Below, piece after piece: positions 13,817 through 28,375 of a DNA stretch of 64,000 nt (positions are counted from its first letter, which is position 1; every line of letters starts with the position of its first letter). The stretch lies in the NCBI RefSeq assembly GCF_009914755.1, contig NC_060926.1. The stretch is one strand, 5' to 3'. The position numbers and the translations under genes are program-made. This stretch comes from the human T2T-CHM13v2.0 reference genome, Homo sapiens. Below the pieces are notes generated by a model. It was not told the DNA's origin, made no database searches, and saw nothing but the letters and a program-made list of their open reading frames with translations.

Positions 13817-14013
13817 TTATACATATTAATAACATATGTTATTAATTATACATATTAATAACATGTTATTAGTTATACATATTAATAACATATGTTATTA
13901 GTTATACATATTAATAACATATGTTATTAGTTATACATATTAATAACATATGTTATTAATTACACATATTAATAACATATGTTATTAATTATACATATTA
14001 ATAACATGCTATT
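13817..14013. repeat. AT-rich minisatellite, 27-29 bp unit, about 6.8 copies, palindromic core
   Basis: Unit ttatacatattaataacatatgttatta(a/g) starting at 13817, 13846, 13873, 13902, 13931, 13960 and 13989 (partial). Confidence 0.97.
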
Positions 14014-15849
14014 TTCATGTTAAATTAAAAAGCAAAGCAAAAAATGAGAGCAAAAGCATTTTGTAATAGAGTTGTCATGTATATTTTACATTATTATACT
14101 ATACAATGTTATATACCATTGTATTATATATGATTTGATGTTACATGCTATGTGCTACATATTAAATATTTTATCCATCTATCACAACTGTTTTACCAGC
14201 ATGCTCATAAATTTTTGTAATTCCATTTTAGTCAACAGCCTGGTAATTGATTGCAGGTTCTACATGTCAAGTATGAACATGTCAGCTTTTATAATGTTTA
14301 ATATTTCCCTTTTAAGAAATATGAATAACTAGCAGTTCAAAACATAAACATAATGGTATTTTATGTTTATGTAGAGTTTTATAAAACACTGTATTTCTCA
14401 AGGCACTTTCCTACATCATTAGAACCCTTTACAAAATATACAGTCATTTTTATGAAGCAATGTGAGATATACATAAGATACTGAAACTTTTTAAATGTTA
14501 AAATGTCTCGTTTTCTTGAAGTTAATATAATTTATTTTCTTTAAAGCAGTCATGTTTCCTGTGAATAGATTTATAGATGCATAGAATGGCTGGATTTCTT
14601 CATACTTTGTTTTGAAAATATATTTATTTTATCACTTGATGTGGGATAATCAGTGTTCCAAAGCTTGCATGGAGAATAACAAATGTCTTTAAGAGCAGGA
14701 GATGATTTTAGGTACAAATTAAGACATCAAAAGTTCTGCACCTGAAGACCACATCTCTAGATATTTGCCTTGTTGATTCTACCAGAAACACAGTTTTAAG
14801 GAATGAAATAACCCAGAAGTAGGAGTGGTATGGATAGTTAAGATCCATGTGACCTGGAAATGATCTAGAGCAATGGGTGTCATAAGAATGACACGAAGAG
14901 TTGGTTTAATTTATCTTTTAATTTATTTTTTTCTCTTTGATTTTATATTTGTTAATGGAGTGGTTGTAAAATGGGCTTCCCCTCACTTCCTTTCTTAATT
15001 TTTCCTTTTGTTTCTTCATTGGCTATAAAATAAAATACTTTTTCTTATTATTAGAAGTTAAATGTTCACTTGAATCTACTGTTGATATAAATATATTTGG
15101 CATATTTAATCCATTCTGATATCTATGTTTTTGCACATTACACTTTTTATATTTCATTCCTTAATAAAAATTGAATGCTTTATATTTTCTTTTTTCTCTT
15201 GAGAACTAAAAGTTTTAAAAATATTTATTCAGAGAAAACATAATAATGTTAGGCAAATTATCTGCAATTCAACTAATTGTATGTTTAAAACAGTACAGAT
15301 ATTTTCACTTTAGGCCTTATCCTTTTCACTCTGCATTACAGTATTAACTTTCTACTACAGAAGAGAAGAAGGAAGAGAGCAAGAGACCTCCCTATGATAT
15401 AGATGGTACTCTTGAAGTTTAGCAAAGATACATATCTTGCTTGTGACATATGTTAACGGCTCTTGTGACAAAAATTAGAGACATGCTCCAATTCAGGTAG
15501 TGGAAGGATTTTTTTTGTTTTCTTTTGTTTTAAATCAAGATAAAAAGTACAGAAGAATAAGAACTGTTTCAGAAGTAATACATTCAGGTTTTAGGTAAAC
15601 TAGAATGTTATTCTTTGCTTTCAGTAACCTGACACAGGTTATGGGGACCCAGCAGAAACTCTAATTGTCAGCCATATTTGGTGCTCAGGCTTCCCTTCTG
15701 TGAGTCTCTCACTAGTTGCTGCTGCTTCTTATTTCATTGATTTCCCTCTCAACCCACGCTCTCCCTGTTAGTTGCTATATACCTCTGTATGACAGAGTCT
15801 ACCATCTGCATCTCTCTCTGTAACTGGTTACCATGTTAACTTCTGGCAA

Positions 15850-15960
15850 GTGGAACTGAATGGCCAGAGGTGACAGCCTTTTTGCATACCGTTTTTAGCA
15901 TTTTGAATTGTGTGCCTTGTGCATTTGTTCAAAAAATAAATAAATTATTAATTTTAAAAA
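15850..15960 (+). mobile_element. Old L1 3' terminal fragment (L1MC/ME-like)
   Basis: 'cttttt gcataccgtttttagcattttgaattgtgtgccttgtgcatt...aaaaaataaataaatt'. Confidence 0.5.
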
Positions 15961-17206
15961 AGCTTCAGAAAGAGCAATTTCTAAGTGGTAACAGTAAGTA
16001 AAAAAAGGGAGGAAAGAAAGAGAAAGAAAATAAAAGATGAATGCATTTAAGATTAAATAAAAGTGACAAACCAGAGGCTATTTTCAAAGTCAAAATTATA
16101 TTAAATAATGTAGAATGTTACCAAAGAAAAAATGAAAAAATTACAGAGCACAAACTTACTAACAGAAGTAAAACTTGGTTAAGAACTGGAATCAAAATGT
16201 AGGGTCACGGAACATAGAATACCAGATTTATCATATTTCTGGTATTAAAAATTAGAGGTACATAAAATGTTTCAATGCAGTGGCTCTGTAAATCAATGGA
16301 CATTGTTAAAAGATAAAATTTCAGTAGTCTAGAGCAAATTGTCAACAATGACAACAAATACAATAAAAATAAGAAAGACTGATTGTAAAGATGTCCTTAA
16401 AATTTAAATTATGCCACTCTCGAACACCAGTTCCTTGGTTACTCATAAAAACCTTAATCACAGAGTAAGAATTATGACACATTATCAAGAAATGCATCTA
16501 AAGAGAAATAATATATTTTAAAATATTTTTTCATATATAATACTAGTGGGTAAAACGGAATAACCACCTTGACAAAATTATCTAGCAAATTTCACATTCA
16601 TTTAAGTTCTGGTGAAATGGATTTATTTCAAGATATTTTACAGACACCAAGGGAGAGACTAGTTTTCTACTTCAAATCCCACATAATGCACGGATTCGCC
16701 ATACCCTGAAAATGCTGATGACCCAGAAATCATTAGGGAGGTAGAACAATTAATAAAGAAATAGGAAATAAATCATCCTTGCAAAAATATCCATTTGTCA
16801 GATTATGGAAAATCTGACAAACATGCCTGACTACTTATGTCTCAAATCACAGAGGATTTAAAAGACCATAAGGGCCCACCTTGTTAAATGCAATATAAAT
16901 TGTCCCAAAATACTCATTGTCAAGGAGAACTTGATAGCATTTTTATTGTATGAAACAAATGTTAATTTTTGATAATTTCTCCAAAATGTATAATTGCTGT
17001 CAATAAAACCTTTTAAGATTAAGCAACAGCCTTTCTTTTCCCTCATGGTTCTGTTATTTTTCCTTAAATGCACTGTAATTAAGTTCTCCCCAGGTAAACA
17101 AGCTTCCCTACCAGGCAGGTATTCACAGTTCCACCTAGTTCTCAAAACCACATTCTCATTAGCTGTGTCCTGACCGTTTAGTTCTACACATACAGTTATA
17201 TTCTAA

Positions 17207-17520
<314 letters not shown>

Positions 17521-20006
17521 GACAGAACTTTTAATTACAACTCTAACCTGTGATTCCAGAAACAAGATTGGTGTGTCAGTCCTGCTGATACTCAGACACC
17601 ACTTAACTTTTTGGCTGGTTCCCACATACAAGTAAACAAACACTTTGCAAGAGAAGTTGGAGACATGCTCATTGGTTTTTGCATATCTACCTACTGATAT
17701 TCAGGCAGCTAAAATTCTCTAAGATGCTTTGTACCTAGAAGACATTAAAACACTGAAATTTGAGAATATCCTTATATTAATCCTTGACTTTTTGTGAACT
17801 TGACTAGTAGAGCTTCTAGCCCATTAGAGACCAGAGAGAGCATACAGAGGGGTCTGGTTGACAATCATGAAATATGAAGCAATTTGACATAGCCATTTGT
17901 CGATTCAATCTCAATTCTGTTTTAAGCTTCATTTACCTTAAAAGAGGCTCACTTACCTCTACTCGTTTACTGCATTTGATCTAGGTTTTATAACGGCAGC
18001 TTGACAAAATAAATGTCTTTACCTGAAGGCTTTTTTTTTAAACTAAAGAACCCGTTATTTAGAGCAAATAAATGACAAAGAACATTACATAGAGTATCTA
18101 GGAAGTGATGTAGGTTAAGCCTTCTAATCTAGATTTTCTTTTAGTTTGAAAATAAAAATCATACCAGATAATTTCAATAACAATTTCCTTTAAACAAGAA
18201 ATAGTAAGCATGACTTCTATTGCCTTTCTTTAAATAAATTTTCTTGGAAAAATCAATAGTCACCACAGAAGACATTTTCCAGTAGGACAAACTTGATACT
18301 AAATATAGTAGTATAAAATATATGGCAGTATACCACTTTCTACTTTTGAAGTGTTTTTGTTTAATCATAATTTAAGACAACCAAAATTTAAAAAAAGGTA
18401 ATATATAATTTATTCTAAGCATGTATTAGATAAAACATCTCTACAATTCTATATGTCTTAGATTTTTTTCCTTTAAAAAAAATCTTTCTGCTTTTTCCCA
18501 GTTGATGTTTAGATTTAAAGAAAAAAAAGTATTAAGGAGCACTTCAGTGTGTTGCATGCTTTTTTTTTCTAAGCCAAAGTTTGCTACCTCCCAGCTCAGC
18601 TAACATATTGATACTGAAACTGATGTAACTTTATAAAGACTATTATTTTTACATATGAAGAATTTGCAAAATGAAACTAATAAACTTTATTTATTATAAA
18701 TCTAAGGTAAAATGTCACTGTTGTAGTCCCTATATTTGAATATCTTTAAAAATAAGTATAAAACAATTATTTTCCTTTAACCTCCCTTTCTTTTGATATA
18801 TTGGTTTTTAGATTTTCAAGCTGGAACTTTGATATAAATATGGAAATGGATATTGTGGAAAATGGGTTTAATAATTACAAAATTCACTGTGGATTGCAGC
18901 AGAATCATTCTTAATAATGCTACGGTAAAATTTAAGATACTCAAATAGTAATTTGTCATTATAGCCTGTAAAAAGATGAATGATTTGGACAGTAATGTTT
19001 TGAGTGTTAACATATAAAAAAGAATTTTAGTTAGAGGTCAGAAAGTATTTTTATCTTTAAAATATTTATAGTGAATTCAGCTACAGTTCCTGTGGGTTCT
19101 TGTCCCTAGAGGTTTTCTCTGAGATTCTGGCTTAAATGAACCAGAAAACTCAAACTCAAAACTCATCTCACACTGCCAGACTTTACACTTTTTTTTCCCT
19201 GACATAATAAATCACACTTGAACAGCCCAGATTTGTTCAAAATTCAAATTTCATGAAATCACTAAGGTTTTGAAAGTTTAATGAAATCTGCTGTAAACCT
19301 AAATCAGATATGGAAATTCAAAGTCAGATAAAATATCAATAAATTTACACAGTAAATATGGTGTAAACTATGAGTAAATCATCTTTGCTTATTTTTATTT
19401 CTGCAAAGAAAACTTATGGATAGTATAATTATCACAGGAAATTTAAATGACAGCATTGTAAAAATTAAAACTTGAGTTGTCCATGAAGCCTTTCAAAATT
19501 GTCAGGATGAAATAAAAGAGGAAAAAAACCAGCAGAGATTCTTTTCTTCCTCTTTCTTGGATTACCATGAAGTTTTAAATGATCCTTTTAGCCACTGATA
19601 ATTAAAAATCTAGATTTTTATGTCCACATGAAAGTGATAAAGGAGTCAAAGTAGCAAAGAAGAAAAAAAGTATGAAAATTCTTAATCACTTTGTTGGATA
19701 AAGATACAAAAACTGCCTATAAAATATTCTTAATGCATTTATTTTCAGAATTTTAAACTTCAACTCCAGACTGTAGCAGACTGAGTATTCCATTGAATGG
19801 AGAAGGAGCTGGATGAAGAGATAAGAAAAAAAAGTCTTAAAAATATGGTAGCAAAAAAGCCATCTGGTGTGAACAGCAGTTGAATGAGTAAGAAAACTGT
19901 GAATCTTAAAAAGAAGCTTTATTTAAATGGGGGTTAGGTTTTGAGGGTTTAACAACAGTGAGAGTTAAAAATAATAAAAGAAACCATCAAGAACTTTGAT
20001 CTGTTA

Positions 20007-20114
20007 GCACTGAAAAGGACAGAAGGCAGCATCTCATTTCTTGGGAATTATTTCCAAGTGTTTTCAGAAGCAAGTACATATTCTATACTTTTACTACTGA
20101 GAACAAGTGGTTAT
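20007..20114 (+). repeat. Dispersed direct repeat, copy 1 (partner at 21656-21764)
   Basis: About 85% identical by manual alignment, including the exact block gttttcagaagcaagtacatattcta. Confidence 0.92.
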
Positions 20115-20607
20115 GTTTTTATTGCTTCTTGTTGATGTGTTTAAAAAGTGTTGTTTGTACATTCTAGTTGGGTGTGAGTTGAACAGCTGGGATTTTGTGG
20201 AGTGACAGCGAATGTGTAGGCAGAACTGAACTCAATATTCCACCCAATAGTCTAGTTCAAGAGGGTATAAGACTGGCTTGCTAATTGAAATCACTCTACC
20301 AGATAAATTGAATTTAAAGGCTTCCTGTAAAATGGAGCACACTGCGACTGAAAGCTAGCAAAACTAACCAGGTAGTTTGATGTTATGACTTCTATTATAG
20401 AATGGAATCCTCGATACTCATATGCACCCAATACTTATATAACATTTTTAAAGGAAAAATGTTTTATATCATGACCCAGTGTCTCATAAGAACTACTTAA
20501 AGTACTTTCTACAGTGGTCCAGAAGGAAGATGCACAAATGTCTATAAAGTGCCTACCTTCACTACGAGCAAATACTTATTCTGATTTTTTATTCTTGGCT
20601 TTCTTGG

Positions 20608-20646
20608 CAGCCCCTTTATGGTTTACAGCCCCTTTATGGTTTACAG
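20608..20646. repeat. 18-bp tandem duplication (cagcccctttatggttta x2 + cag)
   Basis: Directly visible, perfect. Confidence 0.95.
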
Positions 20647-21461
20647 AAATGGTTACCTGAGAGCCAAAGCTAATGGTGAACTTTCAAATTATAATCTTTG
20701 GAGATAAATAAGAATATTTTACAATGAAAAGTCTTTAAAAAGCACTAAACACTAAACACGGTTTATGTAGACTTACTTGCAGAAGGGAAAGGCAAATACT
20801 CTTGGGACCTCATTATTTCATAGCCCTTGGGGAAATCCTGTGGGGTACCCAGAACACAATATAGAACTCTTTGTACCATAGGGTTTTGTTATGGCTTCTG
20901 TGTATGTGTCTTAAGTGTCTTCACTGTAGTTTTAAAATTCCATATGCTACCAAGTGATATCCAGGTTGAATTTTTCATGTTTCACATATTTTTCATCTAG
21001 AACAATAGTTCTTTCACTGAGATGAGATGGACTAAGTTTTTATGCCCTTATCTAGTTTCATTTAGTTTCTCATTTTTCAGTGCCTAGTCAAGCTGTTTGA
21101 TGAACAATTTTTTTTTGTGTGTGTACATGTGGAATATAAAATACCTATGCCAAGGCACTAAAGATGAAATGAAAATAGAAGACTCCTCATGCATTACCAT
21201 TATCTAAATGTAGTAGTCTTATTGATTCAACTGGCTAAACAGACATTCTTTTCCTTCCTTATAAGTGTTTTTCTTCCAAAATTTAAGTTTGCCAGACAGA
21301 ATGGAATGAATCTTCTGATATTAGTTTACAAGTTGCTGTTCTCTTCTGTGATAACTTTCCAATGACTCTAAAGATTATGGAGATGATGACCACGAACAAA
21401 GGAGATATGAAACTAACAAAGCAATATTCCACAGAGCCAAACCTAACAGACATATCTTTAA

Positions 21462-21655
21462 TCCTTCTCCCTCCCCTCCCCTCCTCTCCCCTCCCTCCCC
21501 TCCCCTTCCCTCCCCTCCCCCTTCCCCTCCCTCCCTCCCTTCTTTCCTTCCTTCCTTCCTTCCCTTCCCTTTCCTTTCCTTCCTTCCTTCCTTCCTTCCT
21601 TCCTTCCTTCCTTCCTTCCTTCCTTCCTTCCTTCCTTCCTTCTTTCCTCTCTTTT
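21462..21655. repeat. Polypyrimidine tract: (CCCTC)-like grading into (CCTT)n
   Basis: About 190 nt of pure pyrimidine. Confidence 0.97.
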
Positions 21656-21764
21656 GCACTGAAAAGCACAGAAGACAATATCTCAGTTCCTGAGAATTTT
21701 TCTGAAGAGTTTTCAGAAGCAAGTACATATTCTAAACTTTTAGGACTGAGAACAAAGTGGTTAT
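21656..21764 (+). repeat. Dispersed direct repeat, copy 2, lying between two polypyrimidine tracts
   Basis: Aligns to 20007-20114. Followed by a second CT-rich tract at 21766-21881. Confidence 0.92.
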
Positions 21765-21987
21765 ATTTCTTTCCTTTTTCCCTTCCTTTGCCTCCCCTCC
21801 CCTCCCCTCCATTTTCCACCCCTTTCTTCTCTTTTCCTCTGCTTTCCTTTCTTTCTTTCTCTCTCTTTTGCTCTTTCTTTTGACTGGAGATCTACCCAGT
21901 TAAGACTTTCGATCACCTTTTTTTTAAACACACTGCACTAAATGTTAAGGAATATGGAAATGGGATACAAAGCAGAAAATAGATACT

Positions 21988-22310
21988 ATTCATTCATTCA
22001 GTAACCATTTCTGGAGCGCAAATTAAATATTAGATACTCCTCTAGATTCACAGAATACATTAGTGATCAAAATAAACAAAAATCTCTGCTCTTGTGGGGC
22101 TTATGTCCTAATTTAGGCTGAAACAACAACATAATAAAAATAATACATAAGTAAATTATATAACATGTTATGGAAGTAATGTGTAAAACATTCAGCAGAC
22201 TAAGGGGTTCAGGAATGTAGCAATGACAAGTGCTGGGGGAGGGGTTAACAAATAATTTTAAATTGTAAATTATGTTAAGTAGCTGACGTTTGACCAAAGA
22301 TTGAAGGAGT
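21988..22310 (-). mobile_element. L2 3' end
   Basis: 'attcattcattcagtaaccatttctggagc...aaaaatctctgctcttgtggggcttatgtccta'. Confidence 0.8.
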
Positions 22311-24102
22311 CAGCCAATCCTCAAGTTAGTCAATCTCCAAGACACTTGAATTATAGTTGGGCAGGAAGTACATGACAGATAATACCAAAAGCAATACATC
22401 TCAAGGGCAAATTCATAGAGTATAGCACGTCTCTATGGGTTTTAAAAGAATGCATAGCATAGAAATGATTAAAATTTAAAGATGATAATAAGAATTGAAT
22501 GAAAGGAAAAGAACATTCCTGCTGAGAGTTGGGTAAAGCATGAAGGTAAAATGAAATAAATTCTATAATAGAAATAGGTAAATCTTTTTAATAACTAAAC
22601 AATTTTATTCTACTAACAACCTGGAAAGTGGGGCTTCTCTGATTTCAAACATAAAACTTACACTGGGGACTTAGATAGCCTAGGAAGGTTAATCAGATTA
22701 ATTAAAAGGAATGACAACTCTGGATTCAACACATTAACATGGAGGAGATAAGGATGAAAACTTTAAAATCATTAGTGACAGAAAATCAGCCTTTGCAAAG
22801 CCAAGGAGTCCACAGAACACACATCGGCATTAGCTTCAAGTGGTGCCTATCAAGAAGGTAGCAATGGATTAATGAGTTACAGAGAAAGTCAACAACAGCT
22901 TTGCTGTGCCCTGAAGGGAGACAGAAAGCACAGAGAAGGCCCTAGAACTTAACTTTTAATCTCACAGAGAAGAAAAAAATCATGGGAGCAAAAATTTAAA
23001 AAATAAAAAAAACTGGATAAATTTTAGCATATACTGTATAGTAAAAGAAATAAAAGACTTAGCAATTCTGGATAGACTTAAAGAATAACATGATTTTAGA
23101 ACTGCATCAGCTTCATGTTAAAATGAATAAAATGATTTTAGGAGTCAGATAATTAACATAACCCATAAAGTGTGTGCAAAAGAATTAATATAAATTATAA
23201 AACATTTTCCAAGTTAAGGTTATATTTAATTAATGAACTTACATGATACACCTATTATAGAGATAATTTACAGAGGTATAAGAATTACATTAAGCCATTT
23301 ATAAAAGTTAAAGGGTAAGTTAATAGATATGTTTAACATTGTAAGACAGTTTGATTTATTTAATTTTCAAAAGTATTTAAATTGTGTTTGACAGGTTTTT
23401 TGGGTGCATGGAAGAATGTCTCACCTTGGAATTATTTTTGTTCAAATTCTCACACGTGGGAACAAGAGGGGAAGAAAGTTATGCCTCTCAATATTTATAT
23501 GGAAAATACAGTAAATCTGAAGAAACCTCATTGAATATCTGTTCTTCATTTTTCATATTATAATAAATACATATTTTCAATTCTCCAGTTTTAAAATTTA
23601 ACTGGCTTTTTTCTTCCCCCTCTGAATTTGCCAAGACTAGTTCCCTTATATTCAACTTCTAGGCCAAGTTAAAAAAACCAAGACAACAACAACCGACTAT
23701 TTCCTGAGCACTCTTACAAGCATAGCATGGTCACAGCATAGGAGTCCATTGGTGTGATACTTAGGCTCATCAGATTTCTGGATGTCTTGGGTTTCTTATC
23801 TCATATAACATTATATTTAACCTTTCCCTTAAGAGGAAGTTATTCATGTTTTTCCAAGAATGGATTAAAATAAAAGTAGAAATTCAGGCTGTGCTTTATA
23901 AAGCAAAGTTATTTTTCACCAAAGTACTATATTATTATATATTGTTCTACTAGGAGAATGTTGTATAAAAAGGGTAAATACAATAAATTAGAGAAGTAAT
24001 TTACTAATTTACCTTTTTCTGCTTATATTAAATTCCACACTAGCTTTTCTCCTACTGTCACCTTTTTGCCATAATTTGTATTTTGTACATCACAGTAAAC
24101 AT

Positions 24103-24542
24103 TATTCTAACTGAACATTATTCTAAATATAACTGATGTTATATTTGCCTAAGATGAAGGTTGATTGTACAAATAATTCATGATATAAAATATTATCTCA
24201 AAAATGTTAAAAAGAATTTTTTACAAATTGCTTTCTCTACCTCTTAAAAACTCATAATTGATATGTAGGCAAGTTGTAAAGGACCTATTTGCAGATTTGT
24301 AGCCCACATGGTTTATAAGTTGATCATTTATATTTTCCCATTTTAAGCTTGATTAAATATTATAATAAATAACAATATTTTAATATTTACAATCATGTAT
24401 ATGAATTATGAATACAAAAGCATTTTATATTCTAACTAAACATTATTCTAAATATAACTGATGTTATATTTGCCTAAGATGAAGGTTGATTGTACAAATA
24501 ATTCATGATATAAAATATTATCTCAAAAATGTTAAAAAGAAT
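24103..24542 (+). repeat. 115-bp direct duplication (24103-24217 / 24428-24542) enclosing a 199-bp copy (24228-24426) of 26699-26897
   Basis: Manual alignment: flanking copies differ at 1/115; insert and distal copy differ at 7/199. Confidence 0.97.
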
Positions 24543-25269
24543 ATACCCCTATAACTCACTGAATTTTCCAGCAGAAAGAAAAAAATAATATTTTTAACAC
24601 TAGAATAAAATTTCTAGTGATTTTCAAGAAAAAATAATTTGTTTGTTTTCTTAAGTATTTGCTTGTTTTCCACTATGTAGCTTGCATTTTTTAAAAATAC
24701 AAGGCAGTTAATGACTTCCTTATTTTTGTCTATGATTTTCTCATCAATGTTTAAATAAAAGTAATTTTTCAGGTGAAAACATAAGGATAAAATAAGCAGA
24801 AGTCATCTAAATACTTTTTCTATGTTCAGACAGGGTCATACTTTGAAATTAGCCTAGGTCAGAGACTTAACTGTGGTTCAGTGGGTCCATTAATTTGGAA
24901 GGAAAAAATTTTTAGCTCAAGGACATTAAAAATTTCTACCACTTTGTTGCCAATAGAAAATAAACATAGCTTTATATCAACTACAATGTTGTAGATATCC
25001 CAAACTGTTATTGATACATGTCATTTCTTTGAAATCATTACCTTACATTTTCTTATTTAATGTGTTATTGAAGAAGCAAACTTATTTATGTGTCATAAAC
25101 TTCATATCATATTTTGAAAATCATTTAACTAATTATTTAATTAAGTCAATTCATTTCCTATGAATTATATTTTTCGGATTTAAAAATTTACTCTCAGTTT
25201 GGCTTGAAAGCCTTCACCAGAATGGTCAAAGAGGCACACACACGGCACAACAGAAGATTAAGAACCCCT

Positions 25270-25977
<708 letters not shown>

Positions 25978-26698
25978 TTAAAAATCAAGAGGAAACCCTA
26001 AATTTTAAAATTGCTTATAATTTGGCCCTGTCTTTGTTTCTTTCTTACTTGTTTGCTCATCGTGAGAATGGATAACATTTGCTGGGGTAGTTTTGATATT
26101 TATTATCTTGTGTCATCCCAAATATTCCTCACACTATTTTTTTGCTTGTTTAATTTGGCCTAGTTTGATGTGGAAGATACTCACATATAATTTCAATCTC
26201 CTACAGAAATGGACACATACACAATTTTGTCATAATTATTTTATATATTTAAAATATACCTTATAATTTCACAGAAGCTTATGAGATAGATTACGAATTA
26301 GGACTTAAACCAGGCCATTCAGATGCCTGCTCCCTGGAATCTGAATCATGAGAAAAAATTCTGAGCAGATGGCAAAGAGGCTGAAAACTCTGGGTGTTCT
26401 ATTCTATCCTAATGGTGGTGCTAAAGTGAATCCAACAACTCAGGTTGGAGAATGCCTTATATTTTTTTTCAATAATTTGTTGTTTATGTTAGTTGGAGTC
26501 AGTTCTGTTGGAACTAAAAACTTTAATTCTGTAATCTCTCGGTTGGGATCCTAGAGGAGTTGCCACAGATGGGATTATTTCATTTTATAGTTTTTAGATT
26601 AGGTTGGAACAAGCTGCTCACCCTTCTTTGCTGTAAGATTTCCTAGATGAATGACTTGGGTTCAAGAATCATTTCCCTTTCCTGTTTAATTTCTCTTT

Positions 26699-26897
26699 TT
26701 GCTTTCTCTTTCTCTTAAAAACTCATAATTGATATGTAGTCAAGTTGTAAAGGACCTATTTGCAGATTAGTAGCCCACATGGTTTATAAGTGGATCATTT
26801 ATATTTTCCCATTTTAAGCTTGATTAAATATTATAATAAATAACAATATTTTAATATTTACAATAATGTATATGAATTATGAATATAAAAGCATTTT
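26699..26897 (+). repeat. Probable donor of the 199-bp segment copied to 24228-24426
   Basis: 192/199 identical. Confidence 0.95.
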
Positions 26898-27059
26898 GAA
26901 CAAGATAAAACACTATCCAAATACAAGAGAATAATATAGTTTATTTATCAAATGATGATGATATTTGTTACTTCCACTATAATATCCTTAGAAATAGCCT
27001 TTTATTTCCCAGAGTGCATAATGCCAAACTAACACAATGACTTTCATAATAACAAAGGG

Positions 27060-27770
27060 TGAATTTGAGAAGGAAGAAACTGAAAACAGAGAGGGGAGAA
27101 AGGAGATTACTACAATAGATCAAGAGGCAGCAGTCTGAAACTGTACAAGAGTAGTAGAAATGAGAAAAGGAAAAATGGAAAGAGAACGAAAAAGAAAGAC
27201 ATCACAGAGAGTGAATCGACAACTTTGGCAATTACTTTTATAACAAGGGATAGGGAGGGTATAAAAATTGTAAAAAGAAAATTAAGATTTCTAGCAAAAA
27301 TTAAATTAATGAATGAGCCAGCAAAAGATTTGAAAGAAAATAGTTAAAATAATTAGTGCAGTTTTCAACAGGAAGAGAGACTGAGGTATTAGTAGGATTT
27401 CAATGTGGAGACATCCAGGTAGCAGGTAAAAAACCAGGGTTGGATCTGTACATTTATAAATTACAGGAAAAAAATGCAATTGTTGAAACAAGACCATAGG
27501 AGCAAGTCCAGGAAAAGAAACTTGGGGAACTTACATTGACTTTTAAGAGAGTACGAGATTTAAGAGATGGGTTTTAAAAATCAGCTAGAAAAGGAGATGG
27601 AGAAAAGTAAAACCAGCAGGAAGTAATGTCCTTAAATCCAAAGCAATAAAATGCAAAGAAAAAATGAATTATGAAGAAGCCACTGTATTTAGGACTTAGC
27701 AAACTTTTGGAGACTGTTGAGAAAGCAGCTCTTGTGGAGTGCTTAGAACAAGAGTCACTTTGCAAGGAAT
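27060..27770 (-). mobile_element. L2 fragment
   Basis: Purine-rich L2 pattern: 'tggagacatccaggtagcagg', 'gccactgtatttaggacttagc...ttgagaaagcagctcttgtggagtgc'. Confidence 0.65.
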
Positions 27771-28063
27771 TAATTTTGGTCTAAAATAAATATACGAATT
27801 TACTGTCACTAAGTCTACATTGGGCTGGAATCAACTATTCTGTCGTGAATCTAATAAGTGCCACAATAACACTCTTCCCAGAAATACAAAGCTTCCTACT
27901 TTATAGCATTTTTCCTATTTAAGATTCTCTGACAGTTTTTTCTCTAGAACAACAGCAACAAAAATTAACACTTTTTCCAAAAGAATTTATTTTATTTCTT
28001 TAGAACAGAGGATCTTTTCTATATGGTTGATGTTAAAACATGTACTTATTACATAAAAAAAAA

Positions 28064-28375
<312 letters not shown>

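Noticed and set aside
13817-14013. Regular palindromic repeats superficially like a CRISPR array
   Set aside because: There are no unique spacers and no cas genes, and the context is primate; it is a minisatellite.
17951-18000. Strong minus-strand donor gag|gtaagt at 17956/17957
   Set aside because: The 43-nt candidate exon has stops in all three frames and there is no other support.
21283-21883. 117-178 aa ORFs rich in G/R/K/E or P/S/F/L
   Set aside because: They are translations of the CT-rich microsatellites.
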